NCBI GenBank assembly: GCA_964393205.1
Contig: CAYMSV010000002.1
Coordinates: 96,843-160,842 of the forward strand
Length of the DNA: 64,000 nt
From: an uncultured Pseudomonadales bacterium
GTDB lineage: Bacteria > Patescibacteriota > Microgenomatia > UBA1400 > PJMF01
Reading direction: 5' to 3'
Shown: positions 23,232 to 32,501 of the stretch, one piece after another
Layout: the number at the start of each line of letters is the position of its first letter
Numbering within the stretch: position 1 is the first letter of the stretch
Made by a program: the position numbers and the translations under genes
The notes under the pieces: model-generated
Seen by the model: the letters and a program-made list of their open reading frames with translations, nothing else
Database searches by the model: none
Told to the model about the DNA's origin: nothing

Positions 23232-24251
23232 TTACTTATGATAGGCACTGGGGATTTTGGGAATAATTGCTTCGTATAGTAACTCAGCATATAACTCATG
23301 GACTAAAGCTGAAGGATGACCATCTTTTTTGGAAACAAGCAATGAACTATAGTTTCCTCGCTCATAATCATCTAAATGTTTTTCATATTTAGGTAGATCG
23401 ATTATTTTTTTAGAATCAATAATAGTTTTGTTTTCTAGTTCCAAAATTTCCCTAAAAAAATCTAAGCGCTCTTTTGCCCACACAAAATAACTTTCAGTTA
23501 ATAAGTAAATTGATTTTTCTGTTGGTAATTGCTTAATGCTTTCTTGTACAAAACATTCATTTATTGGATTTCCTAAAACAAAAGGATCAAAAAGTTCTTG
23601 ATTTTCAAGATAATCAACATCAGAATTACGCTCTATATTAGCTTCTTCTCTGGGAAAATTACTTTCACAGACTCTGATTATTGGCTCATCTTTTAGCTGC
23701 TCATAAGTAGAAATATGAGGAGCTAAGTCATTAACTACTAAAGCAAACACATAAAAATCAGGATTGTAAATTTTTTTGACTTGACGATAATCTAGTAAAT
23801 AATCAACAATAAAATCTCCACAGTTGGCTACAGTTATAACCCTCACATTAAAGTCCTTTTGAAGTTTTTTTTCCAAAATCTGGCTAAAAGTCTTTGGCCA
23901 ACGCACTCCTTGACCCCAAGTGTATGAATCACCAATGACTGCTATTGTAAATAAATGTTCGTCATTTAGGTGATTGGGTAATAAATCATCCACATTAGTG
24001 CCGTGACGTAATTGTCGATAATAAAGAGATCGTTCTCCAAAATCTTCATAAGAAACTGTGGACGGTTTATCTTTCTCAAAGACCCAATAACCATGATCCA
24101 CACTTTTATAATAGAAAAACCTATCAAAAAAATATTTTTCTGCCAAAAAATAAAAGAATAAGATACTAATGACCAATAACAAAAGAGAGACTAGTAATAG
24201 TATCGTTTTTTTATAAAATAAAGTTTGTTTCTTCTTCTTTTTTTGAGACAT
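23232..24251 (-). CDS. SGNH/GDSL hydrolase-family protein (putative glycan O-acyl transferase/esterase)
   Basis: VIGDSYTWG, VVND and C-terminal DGHPS; N-terminal TM. Confidence 0.8.
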   Translation of the reverse strand: MSQKKKKKQTLFYKKTILLLVSLLLLVISILFFYFLAEKYFFDRFFYYKSVDHGYWVFEKDKPSTVSYEDFGERSLYYRQLRHGTNVDDLLPNHLNDEHLFTIAVIGDSYTWGQGVRWPKTFSQILEKKLQKDFNVRVITVANCGDFIVDYLLDYRQVKKIYNPDFYVFALVVNDLAPHISTYEQLKDEPIIRVCESNFPREEANIERNSDVDYLENQELFDPFVLGNPINECFVQESIKQLPTEKSIYLLTESYFVWAKERLDFFREILELENKTIIDSKKIIDLPKYEKHLDDYERGNYSSLLVSKKDGHPSALVHELYAELLYEAIIPKIPSAYHK

Positions 24252-24264
24252 TTTTTAATCAAAA

Positions 24265-25317
24265 TTAATTTTCAATAAAGCCCCATTTTGGATTATTTGT
24301 TATTTCCTCAAATAATTTTTGCGCATACTGATAATGAGCAAATTTAGAAGGATGCCCCTCTGCTTTACTCACATGAGGATTTTCATCTGGATAAATTGAA
24401 AAAACTTCGTTAGGACCATCAATAATCTTAATACCAGCATCCTTAAAAACTCGCAAATATTTATCAATTAAAATATTAAATTTGTGAGTATATTCATTCT
24501 CAATATGACTTTGCTGAGTCATCATAACAGAATAGAAATAATTGAAGTTAAAAGCCATGGTGTGATTCGAATCAAATGATTCAACAATCTTTCTAGCTAC
24601 ACAAAGATTTCCATATTTTTCCTCCATCACCATTGGATAAAACAAGTAGTTTATTTCATCCTCTCGAACGCTAATAGGATTTACAATCTGCTTCCCCATG
24701 AGTTCTCCATAGCCAACTTTTAGTTCTTTGCAACCCTCACTCAAGTCATCAAGTGTTTTTTTGAAATTTGGGTAATCATCATAATGTTCAACATAATTAA
24801 AATCATCATCAACCAATCCAAAAATAAACAAATCGATATCCATATGTTCTTTAGCCAAATTATATTTAATGTAGTTATCCACTAAGTTGTCACCCATATT
24901 TCCAAAATTATAAACAATGCTTGGACGAATTTGATTAAGCTTATCTTCTAAGATATTACTGGTTCGCTCCGATTCCTTCACACCTAAACCATAGACAAAA
25001 GAATCTCCTATAAAGGCAACTTTAAACTTCTCCTTTGTTTTTTGCGGATCGTACCTCTTTGAATTTGGCTCTTGTTTTAAAAGAAATGCTAAATCTTTAC
25101 TTCTATTTATAGCAGTTCTTTCTCTACCCCTAAAAATTAGAGCATGCAAAAAAGTCTTATCAAAGAAATCATTATAAAAATAACCGTGGTTATAACTTTT
25201 TTGATAAAAAATCTTGTCAAAAAAATAGTTTTCTGCTAAAAAATAAACTAAACGATAAGTTAAAAAAACAGAAACAATAAATACTAGCCCCAATATTAAT
25301 TTTTTATTTTTATTCAT
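24265..25317 (-). CDS. SGNH/GDSL hydrolase-family protein
   Basis: FIGDSFVYG, YNFGNMG and EGHPS; paralog of the neighbouring gene. Confidence 0.8.
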   Translation of the reverse strand: MNKNKKLILGLVFIVSVFLTYRLVYFLAENYFFDKIFYQKSYNHGYFYNDFFDKTFLHALIFRGRERTAINRSKDLAFLLKQEPNSKRYDPQKTKEKFKVAFIGDSFVYGLGVKESERTSNILEDKLNQIRPSIVYNFGNMGDNLVDNYIKYNLAKEHMDIDLFIFGLVDDDFNYVEHYDDYPNFKKTLDDLSEGCKELKVGYGELMGKQIVNPISVREDEINYLFYPMVMEEKYGNLCVARKIVESFDSNHTMAFNFNYFYSVMMTQQSHIENEYTHKFNILIDKYLRVFKDAGIKIIDGPNEVFSIYPDENPHVSKAEGHPSKFAHYQYAQKLFEEITNNPKWGFIEN

Positions 25318-25562
25318 TTTATGACTAGTGATAAAAATTATACTAAATAATTCTCATTAGAACCAAGATTTTAAGACCGATTATCATTTAATTATATCTC
25401 ACAATCTACTGAGATTCACAAGTTCCTTTAAAACTTAAAAATCCTCAAAATAAAATTATTTAATACCATAATTAAATAAGTATGAGAGATTTTTTATCTA
25501 TGAAAATCTGAGCAAGTAATCTATGATAATAAAAAGTAAATAATAGACTTTTTGACATAATC

Positions 25563-26318
25563 ATGCTTTACAAAGATCTTCAACTAACTTTTATCTTGGG
25601 TAACTGGCAAACAGTTGTTGTTTTTTTCAAAAAAGCAATTAAAAAAAAGGAAGGCTTCGTTTGTTTACCCTGCTCTTTAAATGATTTAACTTACAAAGAA
25701 ATTGAACCCTACAGGTCTAATTATCAGTCTGTAGACTATTGTACTGCTGATGGGATGCCTCTTGTCATTTATTTTCAACATTTAAAAAAAATTGGAAAAC
25801 TTGACAGAATTTACGGCGCAGACCTAATGAAAAAAATCTTACAAGAGACTCAACAAGAAAATCATTTTTTTTGTGGCACAACACCAGAAACTCTTAAAAA
25901 ATTAGAGAAAAAGATTGTAGAATATTGCCCAGATATCAAATCTTTATCAACATATAGCCCTCCTTTTGCAGAAGTACAAATTTTTCAAGAAAAATTACTT
26001 GAAAAATTAAAAAAACAATCTACAAATATTTTATGGATCGGACTGTCTAGCCCCAAACAAATTATCTTAGCTTCCTACATTAAAAAAAATTTACCTAACT
26101 TAAAAATATTTTGCGTTGGAGCTGCTTTTGATTTTTTATCTGGTCAAAAAAAAAGAGCTCCAAAAATTTTGCAAAAATTGGCTTTAGAATGGCTATATAG
26201 ATTAATTCAAGAGCCAGTTCGCTTAAGTGAAAGATATCTTTATAGAATTCCGATTTTTCTATTAAAAAAATTTGGAAAATTATTAAAAAAATTATTATTC
26301 AAAAACACAGAAGTCTAA
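25563..26318 (+). CDS. WecG/TagA/CpsF family glycosyltransferase (GT26)
   Basis: ADGMP, RIYGADLM, IGLSSPKQ, VGAAFDFLSG..KRAP and LEWLYRLIQEP.RL. Confidence 0.93.
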   Translation: MLYKDLQLTFILGNWQTVVVFFKKAIKKKEGFVCLPCSLNDLTYKEIEPYRSNYQSVDYCTADGMPLVIYFQHLKKIGKLDRIYGADLMKKILQETQQENHFFCGTTPETLKKLEKKIVEYCPDIKSLSTYSPPFAEVQIFQEKLLEKLKKQSTNILWIGLSSPKQIILASYIKKNLPNLKIFCVGAAFDFLSGQKKRAPKILQKLALEWLYRLIQEPVRLSERYLYRIPIFLLKKFGKLLKKLLFKNTEV

Positions 26319-27934
26319 TAAAAAGCTCCTAAGTCTATATCTTTGCACTTCTCATAATCGTAATTGTATACAATAGCCCACTGATCATTTTCCCACTCAT
26401 ATGCTTTTGGTATGTCGACCCTAAACAAAGCTGTCAAACATAAATTTTCCAAATCATTATTAAAAACCAAAACAGACATCTCTTTGAGTTTAAAATCATC
26501 GATTCTCTGACTATCAGCAGTTTTAACCACCCATACATCTCGCTCTACTTCAAACTCATGTAAAAGACACTGAACACTAATGCAATCTCCATAAGCATCT
26601 AGATATATCGCTTTATCATTCAAATTAAAATGATTGAAAATTTCAAAACTTATTACATACTGCTCCTCATCAAACTCTTGTTGATTAATCCAAGTCATAA
26701 CTCTCTTTATTTCTAATCCTTGCTTTTTGACAATATTTAAAAATGTGTTTATTTCTACGAAACTTGCTTGGGCAATATAAATTGAAAAAATTAGAAAGAA
26801 AACAGAGGTGAGTGTTTGAAAAAAATGACTTGTGCGTTCTATATTGAGATTAATAATCAAACGGTCTATAGCAAAACCTAAAACGTAAACGCTAGGAATT
26901 AAAACAGCAAAAAAATATCTATAGGGAGTAGCTGGAAAAAAAACATGAATCAGCAAATAAAAAACAATGAAAAATATGTGAGCTATAACCAACTTATTTT
27001 TTTTTCTGACAGCAAAAAAGAATGAAACTATGAATAAATATAAAATAAATAAACTCAACATAGAGTTGGATACAGCATATTCTTGAGGGACATCCCACCA
27101 ATCTTCTAATAAAAATAAATTGCTAAACTTAGTAAAAAAGATCCAATTTGGAATATCATTAATACGAGAAAATATTTCGTAAATATAATAGTTTCCATGT
27201 TTGTGAATACTTTCTCTAGTATTATACCAACTATGAAAATGAACAAATAAAAACCAAAGCAATATTATTAATCCTGCTTTTAGTGCTGATTTAAACCAAA
27301 CCTGATGACGAATAGCCAATATATTTTCTTTATTAAATTTCTTTTTTGTATCAAAAAAATAGAATAATAAATCAGTTAAGAAAAAAGCAGCAAATATAGC
27401 TACTGATTCGTAACGAACTAAAATAAATAAAGCACTCAAGGTATAGGCAAGTTTTTTATTTTTTTCATAAGCAACCAAGCTTAATAAAGCCACAAAACCA
27501 AATAAGGCATCTGAATTGCCATCCCAAACCACCCTAAATAGCGAAGAACTAAAAATTAAAAAAATAAAGATAGGTAATAATAAAAGATGATTTTTTAAGT
27601 GACGTTTTACAAAAAAGAAAAAAACTATTAAAGCTAAAATAACAGCAATTGTACTGATTGAGGTCGCTGCTCTTACAGCTGGAAAATCTACTTTTAAGAA
27701 TGGAGTAATTAGAGCAATCAAAATTGGATTTGCTGGTGAAGCATGAATTTTATATGGTAAGCGAAATTGAGAATAAAGCTGACTGTCATCAATAAATTGA
27801 AAAGTATCACTAACCGGCACTTCCATAAAATTTATATTTAATAAAAAATACACACTCGAAATAAGAATAAAGATCAAAATCAAAAACTCTATAGCTTTTT
27901 GACTGAATAAAAAAAACTTTATCTTTTTTAACAT
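26315..27934 (-). CDS. Polytopic membrane protein, probable GT-C fold glycosyltransferase
   Basis: About 11 TMs, acidic first loop (SDTFQF), NSDAL, VRYE and YRYF. Confidence 0.6.
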   Translation of the reverse strand: MLKKIKFFLFSQKAIEFLILIFILISSVYFLLNINFMEVPVSDTFQFIDDSQLYSQFRLPYKIHASPANPILIALITPFLKVDFPAVRAATSISTIAVILALIVFFFFVKRHLKNHLLLLPIFIFLIFSSSLFRVVWDGNSDALFGFVALLSLVAYEKNKKLAYTLSALFILVRYESVAIFAAFFLTDLLFYFFDTKKKFNKENILAIRHQVWFKSALKAGLIILLWFLFVHFHSWYNTRESIHKHGNYYIYEIFSRINDIPNWIFFTKFSNLFLLEDWWDVPQEYAVSNSMLSLFILYLFIVSFFFAVRKKNKLVIAHIFFIVFYLLIHVFFPATPYRYFFAVLIPSVYVLGFAIDRLIINLNIERTSHFFQTLTSVFFLIFSIYIAQASFVEINTFLNIVKKQGLEIKRVMTWINQQEFDEEQYVISFEIFNHFNLNDKAIYLDAYGDCISVQCLLHEFEVERDVWVVKTADSQRIDDFKLKEMSVLVFNNDLENLCLTALFRVDIPKAYEWENDQWAIVYNYDYEKCKDIDLGAFY

Positions 27935-27951
27935 GAATAAAACAATATTAC

Positions 27952-29682
27952 TTATTTATATAAAATAAAATCCCCAATAACTAATATATCAATGCCCGTG
28001 CTATAAAAACAACGTAATGCATCTAAAGGCGTACAAGCTATTGGCTCACCTTTTACATTAAGTGAGGTGTTGATCAAAATTTCATGACCACTTAATTTAG
28101 CAAAGTCTTTGAGCAATTTATGAAAACGAGGATTAGTATTTTTATCTACAACTTGAGGACGTGCTGAACCATCAATGTGAGTAATTGCTGCAATATGTTT
28201 TTGCATTGATTTTTTCACTTGATAAGCAACAATCATGTATTTGCCTTCATCACCAATATTTTCAAAATAACGGCCCGCTTTCTCTTTTGTAACAGAAGGA
28301 CAAAAAGGTCTCCAAGCATCTCGATACTTTACTTGCTGATTAACCAAATCTGGCATTTCTGGATTTAGTGGATTAGCCAAAATAGATCGATTGCCTAGAG
28401 CCCGTGGACCTCCTTCCATTGCTCCTTGGAACCATGCGACAATTTTATTGCCAGCCAAAGCTTTAGCAGTCAATTGACTAATTTTCTCGAAAGGAAGTTT
28501 TTTGTATTTAACTTTTGCATTATCTAACAAATCTTTTATTTCTTGATCATTGTAACTTGGACCCAAATAAACACTTTCTAGAGCTTTTGAACGCTTAGAA
28601 CCAAGCTCTAAACTTGCTAACAAACCAGCACCAATAGCTGCGCCACCGTCATGACTAATTGGCTGCACAAATATTGACTTGAACAAAGCGCTTTCTTTAA
28701 TCCTACCATTCAGCTTAACATTTTGGGCCAAACCTCCAGCTAAACATAGATTGTTTAGATGATATCTTTCTTTCAAATAACTCAAATATTTAAGAACTGT
28801 TTCTTCTAAATGAAATTGTACTGTTCTGGCTAAATCACGATGTTCTTGGGTTATTTCTTCTTTTTTTAGGCGTTGCTCGCCAAACAACTCTATTAAACGA
28901 TCGCTAAAATCCTCATGATAATTATGTCGACCAAGAAGCAAATAGTCTCCTTTAACTTTTATTTGACCATTCTTTATTTCTAAAATATTTTGTATTTTTT
29001 TCAGTAAATCTGGCTGTACCTCTCCATAAGCAGCTAAACCCATTAAAAAGCCCGCTTCACTATAAGGCTGAAACCCTAAAAAAGCAGAAAAGGCTGCATA
29101 AAACCAACCCAAGGAATTAGGTAGTTCTGTTTTACTCAGTTCTTTTAAATTTTTTCCTTGTCCTTCATAAACACTAATTGTGCGTTCTTCACCACTACCA
29201 TCCATGACCAACACTAAAGACTTTTTAAAAGAAGATAAATAAAAAGCACTGGCCGCATGAGACAGGTGATGAGAAAAAAATCTAATCTTATCTTTAATGG
29301 GAGTCTTCTCAATTTGTTTTAAAGCTAAAGCCGTTTTATGTTTAATTAAAGCTGGCTTCCTAGATAAAATACTGAGTAGAAAAGAACTGGATTGATTCCC
29401 TCCCAACAAACTAGGCCAATATTTAAGAGTAGATTTTAAGGAAAACCAGGGTATAAACCACTGATACTTTTGATAGTCCCAACCTATGGCAATTTGGTCT
29501 ACATCAGCTAAATTCAATTTGGTTTTTTTTAAGCAAAACTCAACTGCTTTGATTGGAAAGAAACCATCTGCATTTTTAAAACGAATAAAGCGCTCTTCTT
29601 CAGCATAAACTATAAGCTCTCCATCAATAATAATTGCTGCTGCTGGGTTGTGTTCGAAAATTGATAAGCCTAAAATAATCAT
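27952..29682 (-). CDS. Carbamoyltransferase (NodU/CmcH family)
   Basis: EEERFIRFK, HHLSHAASA, DGSGE, GPRALGNRSILA, VKYRDAWRPFCPS, THIDGSARPQ and NTSLNVKGEPI. Confidence 0.95.
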   Translation of the reverse strand: MIILGLSIFEHNPAAAIIIDGELIVYAEEERFIRFKNADGFFPIKAVEFCLKKTKLNLADVDQIAIGWDYQKYQWFIPWFSLKSTLKYWPSLLGGNQSSSFLLSILSRKPALIKHKTALALKQIEKTPIKDKIRFFSHHLSHAASAFYLSSFKKSLVLVMDGSGEERTISVYEGQGKNLKELSKTELPNSLGWFYAAFSAFLGFQPYSEAGFLMGLAAYGEVQPDLLKKIQNILEIKNGQIKVKGDYLLLGRHNYHEDFSDRLIELFGEQRLKKEEITQEHRDLARTVQFHLEETVLKYLSYLKERYHLNNLCLAGGLAQNVKLNGRIKESALFKSIFVQPISHDGGAAIGAGLLASLELGSKRSKALESVYLGPSYNDQEIKDLLDNAKVKYKKLPFEKISQLTAKALAGNKIVAWFQGAMEGGPRALGNRSILANPLNPEMPDLVNQQVKYRDAWRPFCPSVTKEKAGRYFENIGDEGKYMIVAYQVKKSMQKHIAAITHIDGSARPQVVDKNTNPRFHKLLKDFAKLSGHEILINTSLNVKGEPIACTPLDALRCFYSTGIDILVIGDFILYK

Positions 29683-30464
29683 AAATAATTAGAAACTTGA
29701 TCGAATTCAAATTCCTCTTCTTTTAAATAAATAATAAAATCTTCTAGATATTGTAAACCACGATTGCTATTTCTTGAATAAATAAAACGCCAAAATAGAT
29801 CAAGATTTTTGCTAGACTGATTGGGAAATAAATCATGAAGATGAAAAACAAAAATCATAGGCCGTTGATTTTTCTTTAAATTACTATTAAGCCGAAAACA
29901 ACGAATAAAATTATTAAAACCCAAAAGTTTTATCCAGCTTAAGGCATTAGGAATACCAAGGGGATCAAGCACTGTAACCGGCAATTCTTTTACATATTTA
30001 TTTTTTAAAAATAAATGTTTTTGAAAAAAATGTCTAGGCATCTGCCATAAACTAGGCAAACAACTAGAATCCAAATTAATTTTGTGTTCTTTTAAAATCT
30101 CTAGATCGCTAATTTTGATTTGGTAAGCCGGAGCTCGATATGCAAGAGGCCTATGTCCAAAAAAATCCTTAAAAGCAACAGTGCCCAATTCTAATTCTTC
30201 GTGAAGATTGTTTTCCGCCTGTTGATGTGAAAAAGAGTGCAAATAAAATTCTGCCCCAAATTTTTTAAATAATTCAATAACCTCTCTATTTTTTCTATTT
30301 AGAGCTTTAGCCACTACAAAAACCGATAAAGTTGCTTGATGTTTTTTTAATAAGTTTAATAAAGATACGATATTCTCTTTTTTCCACATCTGATAATTAG
30401 CCGAAATTAAACCAGCGTGATCAGCTTCCAAATCTAAAGTAAGAATAAAATTTTTTTGCTTCAT
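29679..30464 (-). CDS. Polysaccharide deacetylase (CE4/NodB-like)
   Basis: TLDLE, HSFSH, YRAPAY, DSS and FVFHLHD. Confidence 0.85.
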   Translation of the reverse strand: MKQKNFILTLDLEADHAGLISANYQMWKKENIVSLLNLLKKHQATLSVFVVAKALNRKNREVIELFKKFGAEFYLHSFSHQQAENNLHEELELGTVAFKDFFGHRPLAYRAPAYQIKISDLEILKEHKINLDSSCLPSLWQMPRHFFQKHLFLKNKYVKELPVTVLDPLGIPNALSWIKLLGFNNFIRCFRLNSNLKKNQRPMIFVFHLHDLFPNQSSKNLDLFWRFIYSRNSNRGLQYLEDFIIYLKEEEFEFDQVSNYL

Positions 30465-30494
30465 TTTTGACTTCTTTATGTTAACATAGAACCC

Positions 30495-32501
30495 ATGTGT
30501 GGCATATTTGGTTTTGTTAATAACAATCCTATCAATCTACCAAAACGTTCTTTAAAAAAAGAACTAGATAGACTATTTGTCTTGGCTCAATCTAGAGGCA
30601 AAGAAGCTGCTGGTTTAGCTTTAAATAATAAACAAAATATCGCTATTTATAAAGCTCCTCTACCTGCTAAACAACTAATCAAATTAAAAAGCTATCAAAA
30701 TTTTATTGATGAGCAACTAAAAAAAACAATTAATTCAGCTTTGGGACAAGCTAGGTTGGCTACACATGGCTTTCAAGCTAAAAATGACAATAATCAACCA
30801 ACAATAAGCCAAAACTTTGTTGCCGTCCATAATGGAATTATCACCAATCACCAAGAATTATGGTCTAAAAACCATAAAAAAAACTGTCCGGAATCAGACA
30901 CTCAAGTCTTGTTAGATTATTTACAGAAAACTTTTAATAAAAACAATGATTTTATATTCAGCTTACAAAATCTTTATCAAAATATCGAAGGTTCGGCCAG
31001 TCTCATTATAGCTAATAATTTTAATCAAGAAATTTGTATCAGCACTAATACTGGTTCCTTATACTGGATGAACATGCCTGATCTAGGAGCTTATTTTTTT
31101 GCTTCAGAATCATGGATGTTGAAAAATTTTATTAAAAAAGTATATCCAAACCATAATTCAAAAAAAATTAAAATCAAACAACTCAAACCTCAGAAAGCAA
31201 TTATTTTTACGGAAAATAAAAAGAAAAAGCGAATAATAAACTTAAATAAAAAAGTAAAAAATCCCAAACAACAAATAAAAAACAAAGTTGAGATTAGTAG
31301 AAAAATTATTGACAGCTCACCCAATGACATTCCAATGGATCACAGGCTTAATAATCTTTACTCAATTAACAATGATTTTAAAAAGATAAAGAAACATCAT
31401 TTTCCAACAGAAAAAATCAAAAAAATCCACCGCTGTAGTCGCTGTATTCTGCCATCCACTACTCCTTTTATCAGTTTTGATAAAAATGGAGTTTGCAATT
31501 ATTGTCATGACCACAAAAAAATCAGTTATAAAGGTATTAAAGAGCTTAGAAAAATAGTGGCTCCTTTTCGTAAAAAAAATGGTCAAGCAGATTGTTTAAT
31601 TGCCTTCAGTGGTGGAAGAGACAGCTCTTATGGCTTGCACTTTTTAAAAAAAGAATTGGGCATGAATCCCATAGCCTATACTTATGACTGGGGAATGGTT
31701 ACTGATATTGCCCGTCGCAATCAAGCTCGCATAGTCAGTAAGTTGGGAGTTGAACACATTATTATTTCGGCAGATATCACTCAAAAACGTCAACATATTC
31801 AAGAGCATATTAAGGCTTGGTTAAAAAAACCAGAATTGGGGATGGTTCCTCTCTTTATGGAGGGTGACAAACAATGTGAATTTTATGCAGACCAATTAAT
31901 GAAAAAATATGATCTGGAATTAATGTTTTTTTGCAGAGGTAATGAATTTGAAAAAGAAGAGTTTAAGGCTGGACATTGTGGAATTAGAGATGCTGATCCA
32001 GATGGAGTAATCCATCACCTATCTTTAAAAAATAAAATCAGAATAGCTGCTTACTATTTGAGTCAATATATCAAAAATCCGGCCTACATTAATATTTCAC
32101 TGCTAGATACCATGTTGGCGTTCTTTGCCACCTATATTCAAAAACACCAATATCTCTTTCTCTGGCATTACGTTCCTTGGAATGAACAGCAAATTATTAA
32201 AACTTTAAAAAATGAATATAACTGGGAAAGTAGCGACGAAACTCTTAGTACTTGGCGTACAGATGATGGCAGTTCAGCTTTTTATAACTATATTTATTAC
32301 ACTGTTCAAGGTTTTACTGAGAACGACTCTTTTAGATCAAGACAAATCAGAGAAAAATTGATTGATCGTTCCACAGCACTTGAATTAGTTAATGAAGAAA
32401 ATGCTCCAAGATATAAAGCACTTAAATGGTATTTTGATCAGGTAGGACTAGATGGACATAAGGTTTTAACTCAAGTGGATCGAATCAGTAAATTTTATTA
32501 A
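30495..32501 (+). CDS. Fusion of class II glutamine amidotransferase (Ntn) and WbpG-like N-acetyl-sugar amidotransferase (PP-loop)
   Basis: N-terminal MCGIFG, RGKEAAG, RLATHG, HNGIITN and SDT; C-terminal CSRCILP...GVCNYC and FSGGRDSS. Confidence 0.85.
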   Translation: MCGIFGFVNNNPINLPKRSLKKELDRLFVLAQSRGKEAAGLALNNKQNIAIYKAPLPAKQLIKLKSYQNFIDEQLKKTINSALGQARLATHGFQAKNDNNQPTISQNFVAVHNGIITNHQELWSKNHKKNCPESDTQVLLDYLQKTFNKNNDFIFSLQNLYQNIEGSASLIIANNFNQEICISTNTGSLYWMNMPDLGAYFFASESWMLKNFIKKVYPNHNSKKIKIKQLKPQKAIIFTENKKKKRIINLNKKVKNPKQQIKNKVEISRKIIDSSPNDIPMDHRLNNLYSINNDFKKIKKHHFPTEKIKKIHRCSRCILPSTTPFISFDKNGVCNYCHDHKKISYKGIKELRKIVAPFRKKNGQADCLIAFSGGRDSSYGLHFLKKELGMNPIAYTYDWGMVTDIARRNQARIVSKLGVEHIIISADITQKRQHIQEHIKAWLKKPELGMVPLFMEGDKQCEFYADQLMKKYDLELMFFCRGNEFEKEEFKAGHCGIRDADPDGVIHHLSLKNKIRIAAYYLSQYIKNPAYINISLLDTMLAFFATYIQKHQYLFLWHYVPWNEQQIIKTLKNEYNWESSDETLSTWRTDDGSSAFYNYIYYTVQGFTENDSFRSRQIREKLIDRSTALELVNEENAPRYKALKWYFDQVGLDGHKVLTQVDRISKFY

